Assembly (NCBI GenBank): GCA_963976765.1
Contig: CAXBME010000045.1
Location: 1 to 42,630, forward strand
DNA from: an uncultured Planctomycetaceae bacterium
GTDB lineage: Bacteria > Planctomycetota > Planctomycetia > Planctomycetales > Planctomycetaceae
Direction of reading: 5' to 3'
Length of the DNA stretch: 42,630 bases
Under the pieces are notes generated by a model that was not told the DNA's origin, did not search any database, and saw only the letters and a program-made list of their open reading frames with translations. The translations under genes were made by a program, and so were the position numbers. Shown piece by piece: positions 9,593 through 19,539 of this stretch (within the stretch, counting starts at the first letter, position 1; the number at the start of each line of letters is the position of its first letter).

Positions 9593-10435
9593 TCAGTTCA
9601 GCGGAAGTGTCGCGAGCATCTGATTGAAGGTCGAACGTTGTTCGTCCGTCAGCAGAGACATCATCTGAGACCTCGCCGCAGCCACTTCATTCTGATTCTG
9701 GCTGTTGAGCAACGCCTGAACTCGATCCTGCTGAGCCTTCGAAAGCTCCAACCGTGAAACGAGCTGACTCCACGAAATACTCCTGCCGCCGACCAGCCGA
9801 CCAACCTGTTCACGATTCGGGCCGGTAATCCGCTCCCAGAAACTCGGCGTCAGTTCAAGCTTCTGCCGACTGGTGACGGTTCTCGTCGAAGCTCGATGAG
9901 TCCGTTCGAAGATTCGCCGCCGCTTTTCTTCCAGACTGAGCTGCGGGCGTTCGGCTAGAATCGCCTGCTCATGCGCAGAATTCGGAGTCTGTTTGGCAGC
10001 GTTTCCGACGCTGTGCAGAAACTCCATCATCATGATCGTCGAGCCGCTGAAGCCAAGCACCACCCCAATAAAGATCAGCGGCGAGGAGCCAGGCATTGTC
10101 AGCTTGTACGTCTTCCCCGCAAAGCGGAAGAGCGGAATGGAGAGTGAAGTTTCGTCAGAAACCCGACGAAGTCCCACGTACTGAAACCCATCTTCCGGTC
10201 GAACGTAAACGACTTCCAGGTCGAAAGTGGTATCGGTTTCCGGATCCGTCAACTGGACGTGGCTTCCCGGAGCGACTCGCGAGCCCTTCAGCAGAAGCAG
10301 GCCGAAACCCGTTGCCGACATATCTGACATGACGGCGCGATGCCCCTCTCCGCCGAACTCGACCACCACTTCTGCGCGGTTAGCTTCGACGGTGAAACGT
10401 TTGCTGCTTCGCCGTTCTGTCGGCTCGGCAATCAC
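9593..10435 (-). CDS. PilZ-domain membrane protein with C-terminal LTXXQ-like helical region
   Basis: ERRSSKRF (RxxxR) and DMSATG (DxSxxG), one TM helix, then LELSKAQQ...LLTDEQR. AGGAG precedes the GTG start. Confidence 0.8.
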   Translation of the reverse strand: MIAEPTERRSSKRFTVEANRAEVVVEFGGEGHRAVMSDMSATGFGLLLLKGSRVAPGSHVQLTDPETDTTFDLEVVYVRPEDGFQYVGLRRVSDETSLSIPLFRFAGKTYKLTMPGSSPLIFIGVVLGFSGSTIMMMEFLHSVGNAAKQTPNSAHEQAILAERPQLSLEEKRRRIFERTHRASTRTVTSRQKLELTPSFWERITGPNREQVGRLVGGRSISWSQLVSRLELSKAQQDRVQALLNSQNQNEVAAARSQMMSLLTDEQRSTFNQMLATLPLN

Positions 10436-10735
10436 GATTCATCTCCTGAGAGGCGGAACGAAAGTACGAGCAGAAATCCGCTCGCGTTTTCAATTGGCCC
10501 GCTAAGCGGCGAAAGCTGGAATCCCGAACGCGAAATCTCCGTCACGAGAAAAAGCAGCCTTCACTCTGCAAGAATACGCAGTTACCCCGTGAGATATCCC
10601 CTGGCATTTCCGCTGTCGGTTTCAGATTACCCGACCGTCATCCGCGCAACGCGGATTGTCACAAAGTGCGGTGTCAGCTCGTGCTGATCATGCGGCTGCG
10701 CCGTCTTAAGGCGACACGCTGAAATCCCTTTTCTG

Positions 10736-13700
10736 TCACGCGTTTTCCTTCGGACCAAATTCGTCCATCGCTCGCTGCTTGACGCCCTGCAGATCGAGTT
10801 TGCCGGTTCCGAGCAGCGGAATTTCGTCGACCAGCAGGAAGCTGTCGGCAGACGGCAGCCACAGGTTGGGCATTCCGGCGACGCTGAGTGTCTTCAGAAT
10901 TTCGTCGACTGATTTGTTGAGTTTTCGATGCAGCACAATGATCCGCTCGCCCTTCTGTTCGTGTGGAACAGCCGTTACGGCAATGCGAATGATGGCTTCT
11001 TCGGCGTCGGGATCGTCGACGAGTCTGTTGATTTCTTCTTCAATCCGAATGTGCGGCACCATTTCGCCACCGATCTTGGAAAAGCGACTCAGGCGACCGG
11101 TGATCGTGATAAAGCCGTCTTCGTCGATGAAGGCGATGTCGCCGGTATTGTACCAGCCGTCTTTGATGACTTCGGCGGTTTTCTCTGGCCGGTTCAGATA
11201 GCCAAGCATCACGTTTGGTCCGCGAATGTGCATGAGGCCGGCTTCGCCCTGCGGGAGCTCTTCTCCGGAATCCAGATCGACAATGCGGGCCATGACGTTG
11301 GGAATTGGTCGACCGATCGTCCCCATTTTCGAACCGGATTGTTCCGGAAGAGTGGCGTTGCTGCGGTGGTCGGGAACGTTCGCTGCGGCCAGCGGCGAGA
11401 GTTCAGTCGTGCCGTAGCCTTCGGTTGGCCAGATACCAAACTTCTCGTGGAATTCGTCAGCCAGTTGCTGCGGCAGTTTTTCGGCACCAACGATGGCCAC
11501 ATCCATCGTCGCCATCTGCTCTTTCGTGCAACGCTTCAGGTACGTTTTCAGAAACGTCGGCGTCGCCGCGATGATGGTAATTTTATGCTGCTCGCAAAGC
11601 TTGCCGACCATGCGACCGTCGAGCGGGTTGAAGTGGTAAACGCCTTTCGGGTCGAGCGTCAGCGGCAGCCACAACATCAGCGAATAACCAAAGCTGTGGA
11701 AGAACGGCAGAATGCCCAGCAACGCGTCGTTTTTATTGATCTGATAGAGCTGGTTCGCCGACGCAATGTTGGAACCGACGTTGCGGTGCGAAAGCATGAC
11801 CCCTTTAGGCTCACCCGTGGACCCGGACGTAAAGATGATCGTCATGATCGAGTCCGGATCGATCTTCGTTAGTCCGAGACGTCGTTCCAACAGAGTGATC
11901 GGTTCGACGAACGCTGACATCAGTGACGCGACTTTGTCGACGCCGGTGATCTGTGTCTTAAGGTCCTCGGCAAAGACGACCTCCGCGTCGAGCTTCATTG
12001 GTTTCTTTTCGAGAAACTTCTGGCTCGTGATAACGTGCTTAATGCCGGCCTCTTTGATGCAGAAGTTGAGGACGTCGTCCGACAATGTGTAGTTCAGGTT
12101 AACGGCGACTTTTCCCATCAACGACAGCGCCGCATTGGTGATCGCTCCACCGGCGGACGGAGGCAGCAGGACTCCGACCATTTCTTCATCGCGAGCCAGC
12201 ACGCTGCGCTGAAGAACCCGGCGAAACGCCAGCGCCGCGGTCAGCAGCTTGCCCCCGGTGATGTCGGCGCCGGCTGAGTCCGCGACTTTGGAACGGAATC
12301 TTGCTTTCCGGCACGCTCGCAGAAACTGTCGGGCGGGGATCAGTGCGGATTTGCGATGTGTCACAGCCTGGACTCCTAATTCTTCAACAGCCTGTCGAAC
12401 GTGCCTGACGTCGTTCGCGTCGTGCAGCGGTTCGCCGAACATAATGGTGAACGGGTATGGCCAGCGACGTGGCCACTTCCAGAAAAACTTTCCGCCGTGG
12501 TAGCTGAAAATGCTACCCCACAATTCGTCGAGATAGGTCGGAATGACCGGTACGCTGGTGCCTTCAACAATGCGTAACAAACCTCGCTGAAACGGAAACA
12601 GTTGCCCCGTACGAGTCAGCGCTCCTTCGGCAAAAATACAGACCAGGTCGCCATCTTCCGCCGCTTTTCGGGCTTCTTTCAAAGAACGAAGCAGCGCTTT
12701 CGGCCCGCCGTCCGCTTTAATCGGAATCGTTCCGTACGTCCTGGAAATCCAGCCGACGAAACCTGGCACGTCGACATAGTCGGCGTAAGCGAGCATGCGG
12801 ATTGGCCGATCGGACATCATGATCAGCAGGACACCGTCGAGCCAGGAAACGTGGTTGCAGACCAGCAGCCCGCCGCCTTCCTTGGGAATGTGTTCCTTGC
12901 CGACAACCTTGATCCGGTAGAACAGGTGACTGAACACCCACACGACAAAACGAATCGTCGCCTGAGGCAGCATCTGAAACGCGTAGATGATCACGGGAAT
13001 CGTGCCCAGTCCGCAGACCAGGAAGATCGAGCCGGCGTCCATTTCGAGAATGTTGCCCATCACGTAGAACAGCCCGGCCGCTACCAGGATAAACGCGAAC
13101 GTCAGGAAATTCGTGGCGGCCAGAATCGTTCCGCGAGTTGCGGTGTCGGATCGGTGTTGAAGGTTGGCTTCCAGTGGAATGTCAAAAAGCCCGGCGCTGA
13201 AGCCCAGCAGAAACAGCCACACGCACGACCAGACAAATGCTGGTTGCCCGACTGCTGGCAGCAATGGGTCAACAAAATGGCCCGACACAAACAGCAGGAT
13301 GGCACTGATGGTGATGCCGCAGGCTCCGAGCGGCACCAGGCCCAGCTCAACCTTGCCCCCGGACACAATTCCGGCAAAGACACTTCCGCCGCCAAGCCCC
13401 AGCACCAGCACCGCCATCAACAGGCCGATCGTACTCTGTTTCAGTCCGAGCACGTGCTCGGCGAACGGGTCGATATTCATCTGAGCCAGGGAAGCCAGCA
13501 TCCAGAAGAAGGCAATCCCGAGGGCCGTTCTAAACAACGGTCGGCTCGATTTCAAAAACCGAAGATCATGAATTGTCGCGCCGACAAAATTCAGCTCCAG
13601 CTTCCGGTCACTGGCCGCCGCCGGCAGCCGCTCGATGACAAGGCTTGTGAAGAGTCCGACGATGGCGACGCCGACAAGCAGCATGGCCGGGATCTGCAAA

Positions 13701-14254
13701 CTTTCCCAGGTCGGGTTGGTAATGTCAGGAGCGGCTGCTTCCGCCAGCCAGTACCCCAGGGCAGTCCCAATAGCGGACGCGCCGACCGTCACCAGCCCCA
13801 TCGCTCCATTGGCTGTGGAAAGATGCTCATGAGTAACCGTCTCAGGAATTGCCCCGTACTTCGCTGGGCTGAACAGAGCACTCTGGCCGCCCATGAACGC
13901 GACGACCGCCACCAGCAACCAGATATTTCCTGACATGATTGCCAGCACGCCGAAGATCATGATGGCAATTTCAGCGATCTTACAATTGACGATTACCGAC
14001 CGTTTGCTGAATCGGTCAGCAAAGAACCCGGCGGGAACAGCCAGCAGAAGATAGGGCACCGTGAATACCGCAGCCCCGATCGCCAGAGCGGTTTCGTTGC
14101 CAAGCACCGGCTTGGCGACGCAAACAGCAAAGAACCGGAACATGTTGTCGTTCAGCGCGCCGAGCATCTGCGTGAACAGAATGCCGAGATAACTTCGGGA
14201 GCCGAGTCCGCCACGCAGATCGGCGGCTTCGAGGCTGGTTTCCTGACCGGTCAT
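10736..14254 (-). CDS. aas: Acyl-ACP:phospholipid O-acyltransferase (MFS LplT + PlsC + acyl-ACP synthetase fusion)
   Basis: N-terminal MFS (TQMLGALNDN), NHVSWLD and FAEG acyltransferase motifs, and AMP-binding FTSGSTGEPKG, EGYGTTE, WYNTGD, GRLSRFSKIGGEMV. Confidence 0.93.
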   Translation of the reverse strand: MTGQETSLEAADLRGGLGSRSYLGILFTQMLGALNDNMFRFFAVCVAKPVLGNETALAIGAAVFTVPYLLLAVPAGFFADRFSKRSVIVNCKIAEIAIMIFGVLAIMSGNIWLLVAVVAFMGGQSALFSPAKYGAIPETVTHEHLSTANGAMGLVTVGASAIGTALGYWLAEAAAPDITNPTWESLQIPAMLLVGVAIVGLFTSLVIERLPAAASDRKLELNFVGATIHDLRFLKSSRPLFRTALGIAFFWMLASLAQMNIDPFAEHVLGLKQSTIGLLMAVLVLGLGGGSVFAGIVSGGKVELGLVPLGACGITISAILLFVSGHFVDPLLPAVGQPAFVWSCVWLFLLGFSAGLFDIPLEANLQHRSDTATRGTILAATNFLTFAFILVAAGLFYVMGNILEMDAGSIFLVCGLGTIPVIIYAFQMLPQATIRFVVWVFSHLFYRIKVVGKEHIPKEGGGLLVCNHVSWLDGVLLIMMSDRPIRMLAYADYVDVPGFVGWISRTYGTIPIKADGGPKALLRSLKEARKAAEDGDLVCIFAEGALTRTGQLFPFQRGLLRIVEGTSVPVIPTYLDELWGSIFSYHGGKFFWKWPRRWPYPFTIMFGEPLHDANDVRHVRQAVEELGVQAVTHRKSALIPARQFLRACRKARFRSKVADSAGADITGGKLLTAALAFRRVLQRSVLARDEEMVGVLLPPSAGGAITNAALSLMGKVAVNLNYTLSDDVLNFCIKEAGIKHVITSQKFLEKKPMKLDAEVVFAEDLKTQITGVDKVASLMSAFVEPITLLERRLGLTKIDPDSIMTIIFTSGSTGEPKGVMLSHRNVGSNIASANQLYQINKNDALLGILPFFHSFGYSLMLWLPLTLDPKGVYHFNPLDGRMVGKLCEQHKITIIAATPTFLKTYLKRCTKEQMATMDVAIVGAEKLPQQLADEFHEKFGIWPTEGYGTTELSPLAAANVPDHRSNATLPEQSGSKMGTIGRPIPNVMARIVDLDSGEELPQGEAGLMHIRGPNVMLGYLNRPEKTAEVIKDGWYNTGDIAFIDEDGFITITGRLSRFSKIGGEMVPHIRIEEEINRLVDDPDAEEAIIRIAVTAVPHEQKGERIIVLHRKLNKSVDEILKTLSVAGMPNLWLPSADSFLLVDEIPLLGTGKLDLQGVKQRAMDEFGPKENA

Positions 14255-14522
14255 TATTGCTGCCCTGTTGCCGCGCTGGGACGCGGTGAGTTTTCTGTCG
14301 GTTTTCAGTAACGAGTCGTCAGGGCGTCGAGATTGCCCGGATGTAACGCACCATTATCCGGAAACCCGCCGCAGCACGATGCCGCACAAAGGGAATTCGG
14401 CAGAGTCCGACGACAATAACTCGACTGAAAGCGCGAATCAGAACGATTCCGAGCGAAACAACCAACACCATCTGGCTGGTTTTGAGGAGATCGTCGCTGA
14501 AGCAAACGATCGAGCGTATCGT

Positions 14523-15104
14523 TCAGGCGTCGCGATTCGCTCCGGGAACCCACAACACGCTGGACTTTCCGAGATCGTTGCAATGCTGAGCCAGCACGAA
14601 AAACAGGTCTGACAGGCGATTCAAATAGCAGACGACCTGATCGTTGACCGGCTCGGTTTCCTTCAGTGTCCAGACTGAAATTTCGGCACGGCGACAGACT
14701 GTTCGAGCCAGGTGCAACCACGCCGAAGCTGGCGTCCCACCAGGCAGAACAAAACTCGTCAACGGCTCCAGCGGTTCGTTGATCTCGTCAATACACCCTT
14801 CGAGCCACGCGACCTGTGCGGCAGAAACTCGCAGCGGCGGGTGCTCAGATTGCACCCCGGCGGCAGGCTCCGGCACGCAAAGATCAGCTCCAAGATCGAA
14901 CAGATCGTTCTGAATTCGAAAAAGCCAGCCATCAATCAGCTCGGACAACTCAACCGTGCGAAGCAAGCCGAGCACCGAGTTCAACTCGTCGACCGTCCCG
15001 TAAGCCACCACTCGGTGATGAGTCTTGGCAACCCGAGCTCCATCGCCCAGTCCCGTCTGCCCGGCATCGCCGCTCTTTGTATAAATCTGATTCAGAAAAA
15101 CCAT
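14523..15104 (-). CDS. Cob(I)alamin adenosyltransferase, PduO type
   Basis: IYTKSGDAGQTGL, AYGTVDELNS, IQNDLFDLGADL, FVLPGG, ARTVCRRAE, YLNRLSDLFF. Confidence 0.95.
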   Translation of the reverse strand: MVFLNQIYTKSGDAGQTGLGDGARVAKTHHRVVAYGTVDELNSVLGLLRTVELSELIDGWLFRIQNDLFDLGADLCVPEPAAGVQSEHPPLRVSAAQVAWLEGCIDEINEPLEPLTSFVLPGGTPASAWLHLARTVCRRAEISVWTLKETEPVNDQVVCYLNRLSDLFFVLAQHCNDLGKSSVLWVPGANRDA

Positions 15105-15249
15105 TCCGATTCCTTCCGGTGAGAACGTTTCAAACGACAGGGGGACGTCCCAGGTCGGTGAAATCTGCACCACATTCATCCAGTTCATCAAGTAGCGTTG
15201 GTATGCGAAAGTCCGATCCACCAACAGAGCCGGGGCCTTAACTCTGAGT

Positions 15250-15384
15250 CAGAAACACTTCAGTAAGGAAATCGATGCCTGGTCACTCGACGTAAACGAA
15301 ACTCAGCATGGAGTCGACTGGCAATTCAAAATCGATGACGTCCGGGGCAAACTCAACTCCGCTTACCCGAAGATTCCGCTCTGA
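15250..15384 (+). pseudogene. IS630-family transposase C-terminal remnant
   Basis: Frame from 15265 reads KEIDAWSLDVNETQHGVDWQFKIDDVRGKLNSAYPKIPL*, matching the typical IS630 C-terminus (AAW...N...VDWQF..DAR.KL..LYP). No start codon; not in the ORF track. Confidence 0.75.
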
Positions 15385-15416
15385 CAAAACGCAGTTCCGC
15401 AGCGATGCCAGGTAAT

Positions 15417-16253
15417 TCACAAGTGGATGCCCCTGCGGACTCGCTGCAACTTTCGAATCAGTTTCAAGACCGGCGTGGCGTTAACAAGCCGAGACAAAAC
15501 CCAGCTTCCCGACAGGTAAAATCGCGTGCATGTGGTTTGAATAGTACGTCCGGCAAATGCTCGGCGATATTTGTCGATTAGCCGACGCCTGGAATCAATG
15601 AAAGACGCGTCACACGTTCCTGGGCTCAAATGCTCCAGATGAAAGTCGATGACGCAGCACTCATAGCCCCGCGTGTGTGCGATGAGACAAATATCTGTTC
15701 CATACAGGTGAAAACCAGACAGGTCGTTCGAGAACCCAAGGTTTGCCGATTTCTTCAGCACGATAAAGTTCTCGTCCAGGCTTGAGACCTGTTGGGGAAA
15801 GTCACCTTGAGCAACATCCTGACCATGCGGATCCGTGATTCTAATGCAAAGATTTCCAAGTAACTGTCCGCCTCCGGCATTGCCGGCGACCGCCCAGTTC
15901 GGCATGTTCTTTTCAATTTCGTTCAGCCGCTGCGTCAGGTCCGCTCGATTATCAAAACGCAGTAAGACATCCTGATGACAAAGGATTATGAACTTGCCGC
16001 GACTCTTACTGATAGCCTTGTTCAAGCCTTCGTAGGCGTCATACGTGGTTGATGACGCATTATCAATGTAGATGTATTCGCAGTCGGCATAGCCGAACCC
16101 TGCCTCAAGAAAGGAGTTCAGCATGTTGCGATATGACTGAACGTCATTCACGAGCGTGCATATCGAAAAAACGACGCCTGAATCTGTGATGCTGCGGATC
16201 TCCTGCGCACCGGCAATCATATCCAGTGAACTGCGCATCTCGACTTTTTGCAT
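15417..16253 (-). CDS. GT2-like glycosyltransferase-family protein
   Basis: FSICTLVND, YIDN, YEGLN, IILCHQDV, SLDE and FHLYGTDIC motifs. Lower GC (spot count 26/60 at 15961-16020). Start uncertain. Confidence 0.75.
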   Translation of the reverse strand: MQKVEMRSSLDMIAGAQEIRSITDSGVVFSICTLVNDVQSYRNMLNSFLEAGFGYADCEYIYIDNASSTTYDAYEGLNKAISKSRGKFIILCHQDVLLRFDNRADLTQRLNEIEKNMPNWAVAGNAGGGQLLGNLCIRITDPHGQDVAQGDFPQQVSSLDENFIVLKKSANLGFSNDLSGFHLYGTDICLIAHTRGYECCVIDFHLEHLSPGTCDASFIDSRRRLIDKYRRAFAGRTIQTTCTRFYLSGSWVLSRLVNATPVLKLIRKLQRVRRGIHL

Positions 16254-16281
16254 AAATCTCAACTTCCCGTATCGCGTTCTC

Positions 16282-17823
16282 TCAGAAGTGCATACCGGCT
16301 CGAACGTAGCCAAGTTCTTCTGCGTCGAAGTTGCCGACGTGCGATCGATAGCGAAGTTCACGGTCAAACACGTAACCGATTTCGGCGAAGTACGTGATAC
16401 CCGAGATGTGGCGTTTCTCCCAGCCGACGTTCACGCGCCAGTTGGAGAATGTGGCGAGGTCTTCACCAACGCCCGGTCGCTGAACACGCCATGTTCGGCC
16501 AAAGAATCCGCCGCCGACGTACGACCAGATTTCGCCCTCTTTCTGCTTCTTGACAAAGCCGGCGAGCTTCCATTCGGGAAACAGAATCTCGAACTGCAAA
16601 TGGTCGTGCGGCTGCCAGATGACTCCGGCAACGGGATAGAACTCCTGGTTCTCAAGATTCAAATAAGCAGCTCCCATGACGACCTGAATGTCGCGGCTGG
16701 CTTCATAAGTGAACAGAGTCATCCCCGTGATGCGGAGGGCGTCGAGTTCTTTCTCTATATCTCCGTCACTGTAAAGTCCTGCGGCAAGTTCGGTCCGCAT
16801 CCGCCATCGCTCGTCGAGCTGGTGCATCCACGCGATTTCAACCTGCAGATCAGTCAGGTCTTTTTCCAGTTTCGTGTCGGCCGTTCCAAGCCCTCGATGT
16901 ATTCCAATCGACGGTGTCACCGTGATGCCGCGAAACTTGGCCAGTCCCACCGTCACTCCACCATAGAGCGAAGCCAGACCAAACTTGTCCGATCCGCTTC
17001 CGTCAATTGCCAGGTCGGCATGCCAGTGCTCCAGCCGCAGCCAGCTTCGGTCGTGCGGCGGCGTTCGAGCAGGGTCGCGAGGAATGTCGCTGCGAGTCGC
17101 TCGCCCGGCGTACTCTTCGATGAGGTCGATCCAATCCAGTTCTCCGTCGCGGTTACCTGCATCAAACAACGCCGGGTCAGTTCGTGGTAATGGAATCAGC
17201 GGATTGGATTCGGGCAGACTCGGCCACTCGAAACCATCACCGCCGTCAGGAATCTCAATGCCTCCGTCAAATCTGATCGGCCCGCCATTCTGATGCAGAT
17301 CCTGATGCTGAAACGGGTCAATGATCGATGGCGGAAGCAGCGGATTCTGAGGCGGTGCGGGCAGAGCCGGCGTGAGAATCTCCGGTCGAAGAATCGGTCC
17401 CGGCGGAGGAGTTGACTGCTGGTGCATCCGACCTGGGAACGTTCTGGCGGTGTCGGCTCGATGAGTAGACGGAGTGCCTGGCAAATCTGGCGGCGCATTA
17501 ATCGGAACGGGCAATTCCGGAGTTCCGTCGGCGATACGTGGCGCCAGACCGGTTCCATTCGAGTTTGCCAGAGACGTCATCCGTAACGGCAAGCCGGTGA
17601 TCGGATCCAGCGGCTCACCCAGTCCGACCGGCGAACCGCTTTGACGCAAGGACTGTTGAGCTGGAGTCACGTTCAGATTCGTCGGCGCTGGAGTTTCCCA
17701 GGGCGCAATAAGTCCGTAACTATCGGGAGTCCGCTGCGCGAAACATCGAGGCGCAGACTCAGACAGAACCAGAGCGCACAGGCAAATTAGAAGTGGAGAA
17801 AATCTCACCAGTATCGGTGCCAC
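16282..17823 (-). CDS. Outer-membrane beta-barrel protein (DUF6268-like) with Pro-rich N-terminus
   Basis: Signal peptide, a long Pro-rich linker, amphipathic strands (YPVAGVIWQP, EIGYVFDRELRY) and a C-terminal aromatic residue (MHF). Confidence 0.75.
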   Translation of the reverse strand: MAPILVRFSPLLICLCALVLSESAPRCFAQRTPDSYGLIAPWETPAPTNLNVTPAQQSLRQSGSPVGLGEPLDPITGLPLRMTSLANSNGTGLAPRIADGTPELPVPINAPPDLPGTPSTHRADTARTFPGRMHQQSTPPPGPILRPEILTPALPAPPQNPLLPPSIIDPFQHQDLHQNGGPIRFDGGIEIPDGGDGFEWPSLPESNPLIPLPRTDPALFDAGNRDGELDWIDLIEEYAGRATRSDIPRDPARTPPHDRSWLRLEHWHADLAIDGSGSDKFGLASLYGGVTVGLAKFRGITVTPSIGIHRGLGTADTKLEKDLTDLQVEIAWMHQLDERWRMRTELAAGLYSDGDIEKELDALRITGMTLFTYEASRDIQVVMGAAYLNLENQEFYPVAGVIWQPHDHLQFEILFPEWKLAGFVKKQKEGEIWSYVGGGFFGRTWRVQRPGVGEDLATFSNWRVNVGWEKRHISGITYFAEIGYVFDRELRYRSHVGNFDAEELGYVRAGMHF

Positions 17824-18121
17824 AGGAGGGCCGAACGTGTGGAATCGAGAATCGATCCCAATGGAAGGGAGGGGTTGGATAGCGGTTTCCCGGAAATCCG
17901 GTCAAGACCAGATGAGTCAGTTGCTTGAGCCCAAAGCGCGATGGCAACTGTCGAATTCCGACGAATCAGTCAGACACAGTGTTCGTTAAGAGGTAGATCG
18001 ACCGTGAAGATCCGTGAACTCTGGCCAACAGACAGTGGACCTCATACTCTGAAACATCTCCAGAAGAGCGATCCTGCTCCGCCCTTGCCCCCGTGAGAAA
18101 TTCCATCCGAGGAACGATCCT

Positions 18122-19408
18122 ATGCCGCGTCTGATTGCCGCTGTGATCCTGATTTCAAATTCGCTCGCCGTTTGCACAGCTCAGGCAGAAGACCTCGCCC
18201 GCCGAGTTCCACTGAACTCGATCAGGTTTGAAAAGACGGACTGGCCGTGGTGGCGAGGGCCGGAACGAAACGGCCATGCGACAAGAGATCAAACACCGCC
18301 GCTCTCGTGGGACGCCGAGAAGAACGTCGTCTGGAAAGCTCCCGTTCCAGGACGCGGACACGGTTCGCCGATCGTTGTCGGCCACCGGGTTTTCCTGGCC
18401 ACAGCCGCAATGGACACTCACGTTCAGTCGGTCATTTGCTACGACCGAAGCAACGGAAAGCAGATCTGGAAAACCGACCTGCACACGAGCATTCCTCCCA
18501 AAAAGATGAACAAGAAGGCATCGATGGCCTCGTCCACTCCGGCGTGTGACGGCGAACGAGTCTTTATCAACTTTCTGCACGACGGGGCGGTCTACACGAC
18601 AGCGTTGAGTCTTGACGGAAATCCAATCTGGCAGACGAAAATCACCGACTACCAGATTCATCAGGGTTATGGATCGTCGCCCGCTCTTTATGAGTCGCTG
18701 GTCATCGTCTCAGCCGACAACAAGGCCGGTGGCAAGGTTGCCGCGCTGGATCGACAAAACGGAAAGATCGTGTGGGAGCATCCTCGATCGAAGGATCCCA
18801 ACTACCCATCGCCGATCATTCTGAAGGCAGCCGGCCGCGATCAGTTGTTTCTGACGGGGCTGAATGTGGTTTCGAGTTTCGATCCCCGAACCGGCGAGAA
18901 GCTCTGGGAACACCCCGGCGCGACGACCGAATGCGTGACCTCAACCGTGACCGACGGAAACCTCATCTTCACCAGCGGCGGCTACCCGAAAGACCATATC
19001 GCCGCCTTCAAAGCTGACGGCTCGCAGAAAGGCCCCGTCTGGGAAAACAAGTCACGAGCGTACGTCCCTTCGATGCTGATTCATGACGGGCACCTCTACG
19101 CTGTCCTGGACGCCGGCATCGCCATGTGCTGGAAAGTTGACTCGGGAGAAGAACTCTGGAAGAAGCGACTCGGCGGAACGTTCACAGCGTCTCCGGTCCT
19201 GGTTGGGGAAAACATCTTCGCGACGGACGAGGACGGGAAGACGCACATTTTCAAAACCTCACCCGACGGATTTGAATTGGTTGGCGAAAACAAACTCGGC
19301 GACGAAGTGTTCGCCACACCGGTCATCTGCGGAAGCCGCATCTACACACGAGTCGCCCATCGAAACGGGGAAACGCGTCAGGAAATGCTCTACTGCCTGG
19401 GCCAGTAG
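18122..19408 (+). CDS. PQQ-like beta-propeller repeat protein (BamB-like, planctomycete-expanded family)
   Basis: Signal peptide, DWPWWRGP, GHGSPIV and repeated GK.IW/LW motifs. Confidence 0.92.
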   Translation: MPRLIAAVILISNSLAVCTAQAEDLARRVPLNSIRFEKTDWPWWRGPERNGHATRDQTPPLSWDAEKNVVWKAPVPGRGHGSPIVVGHRVFLATAAMDTHVQSVICYDRSNGKQIWKTDLHTSIPPKKMNKKASMASSTPACDGERVFINFLHDGAVYTTALSLDGNPIWQTKITDYQIHQGYGSSPALYESLVIVSADNKAGGKVAALDRQNGKIVWEHPRSKDPNYPSPIILKAAGRDQLFLTGLNVVSSFDPRTGEKLWEHPGATTECVTSTVTDGNLIFTSGGYPKDHIAAFKADGSQKGPVWENKSRAYVPSMLIHDGHLYAVLDAGIAMCWKVDSGEELWKKRLGGTFTASPVLVGENIFATDEDGKTHIFKTSPDGFELVGENKLGDEVFATPVICGSRIYTRVAHRNGETRQEMLYCLGQ

Positions 19409-19539
19409 GTCAGGTTTTGCCTGACGAAGTCCAATGCTGATTTTGCACACAGAGATCGCAAAGGAAGAAGAAGCGGAGAATCGGTAAGTCTTTCTTCCCT
19501 TCCCAAGTCCTTGTCGCACTCTGTGCTCCACAGTAAAGA

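Noticed and set aside
10436..10735. Possible c-di-GMP riboswitch upstream of the PilZ gene
   Set aside because: Only short hairpins; the GEMM consensus (GGCAAAC...GACGCAAAGC) is absent.
12602..13933. Long antisense ORFs (also 6756-7625, 10928-11872, 16156-17190, 29561-30418, 37550-38836)
   Set aside because: Shadow frames opposite well-supported genes, expected in GC-rich DNA.
14268..14612. 114-aa plus-strand ORF
   Set aside because: Overlaps the 3' end of the adenosyltransferase gene on the opposite strand and has no recognisable motif or RBS.
19446..19526. cacagag...ctctgtg imperfect inverted repeat
   Set aside because: Too degenerate to call a REP or terminator from a single copy.
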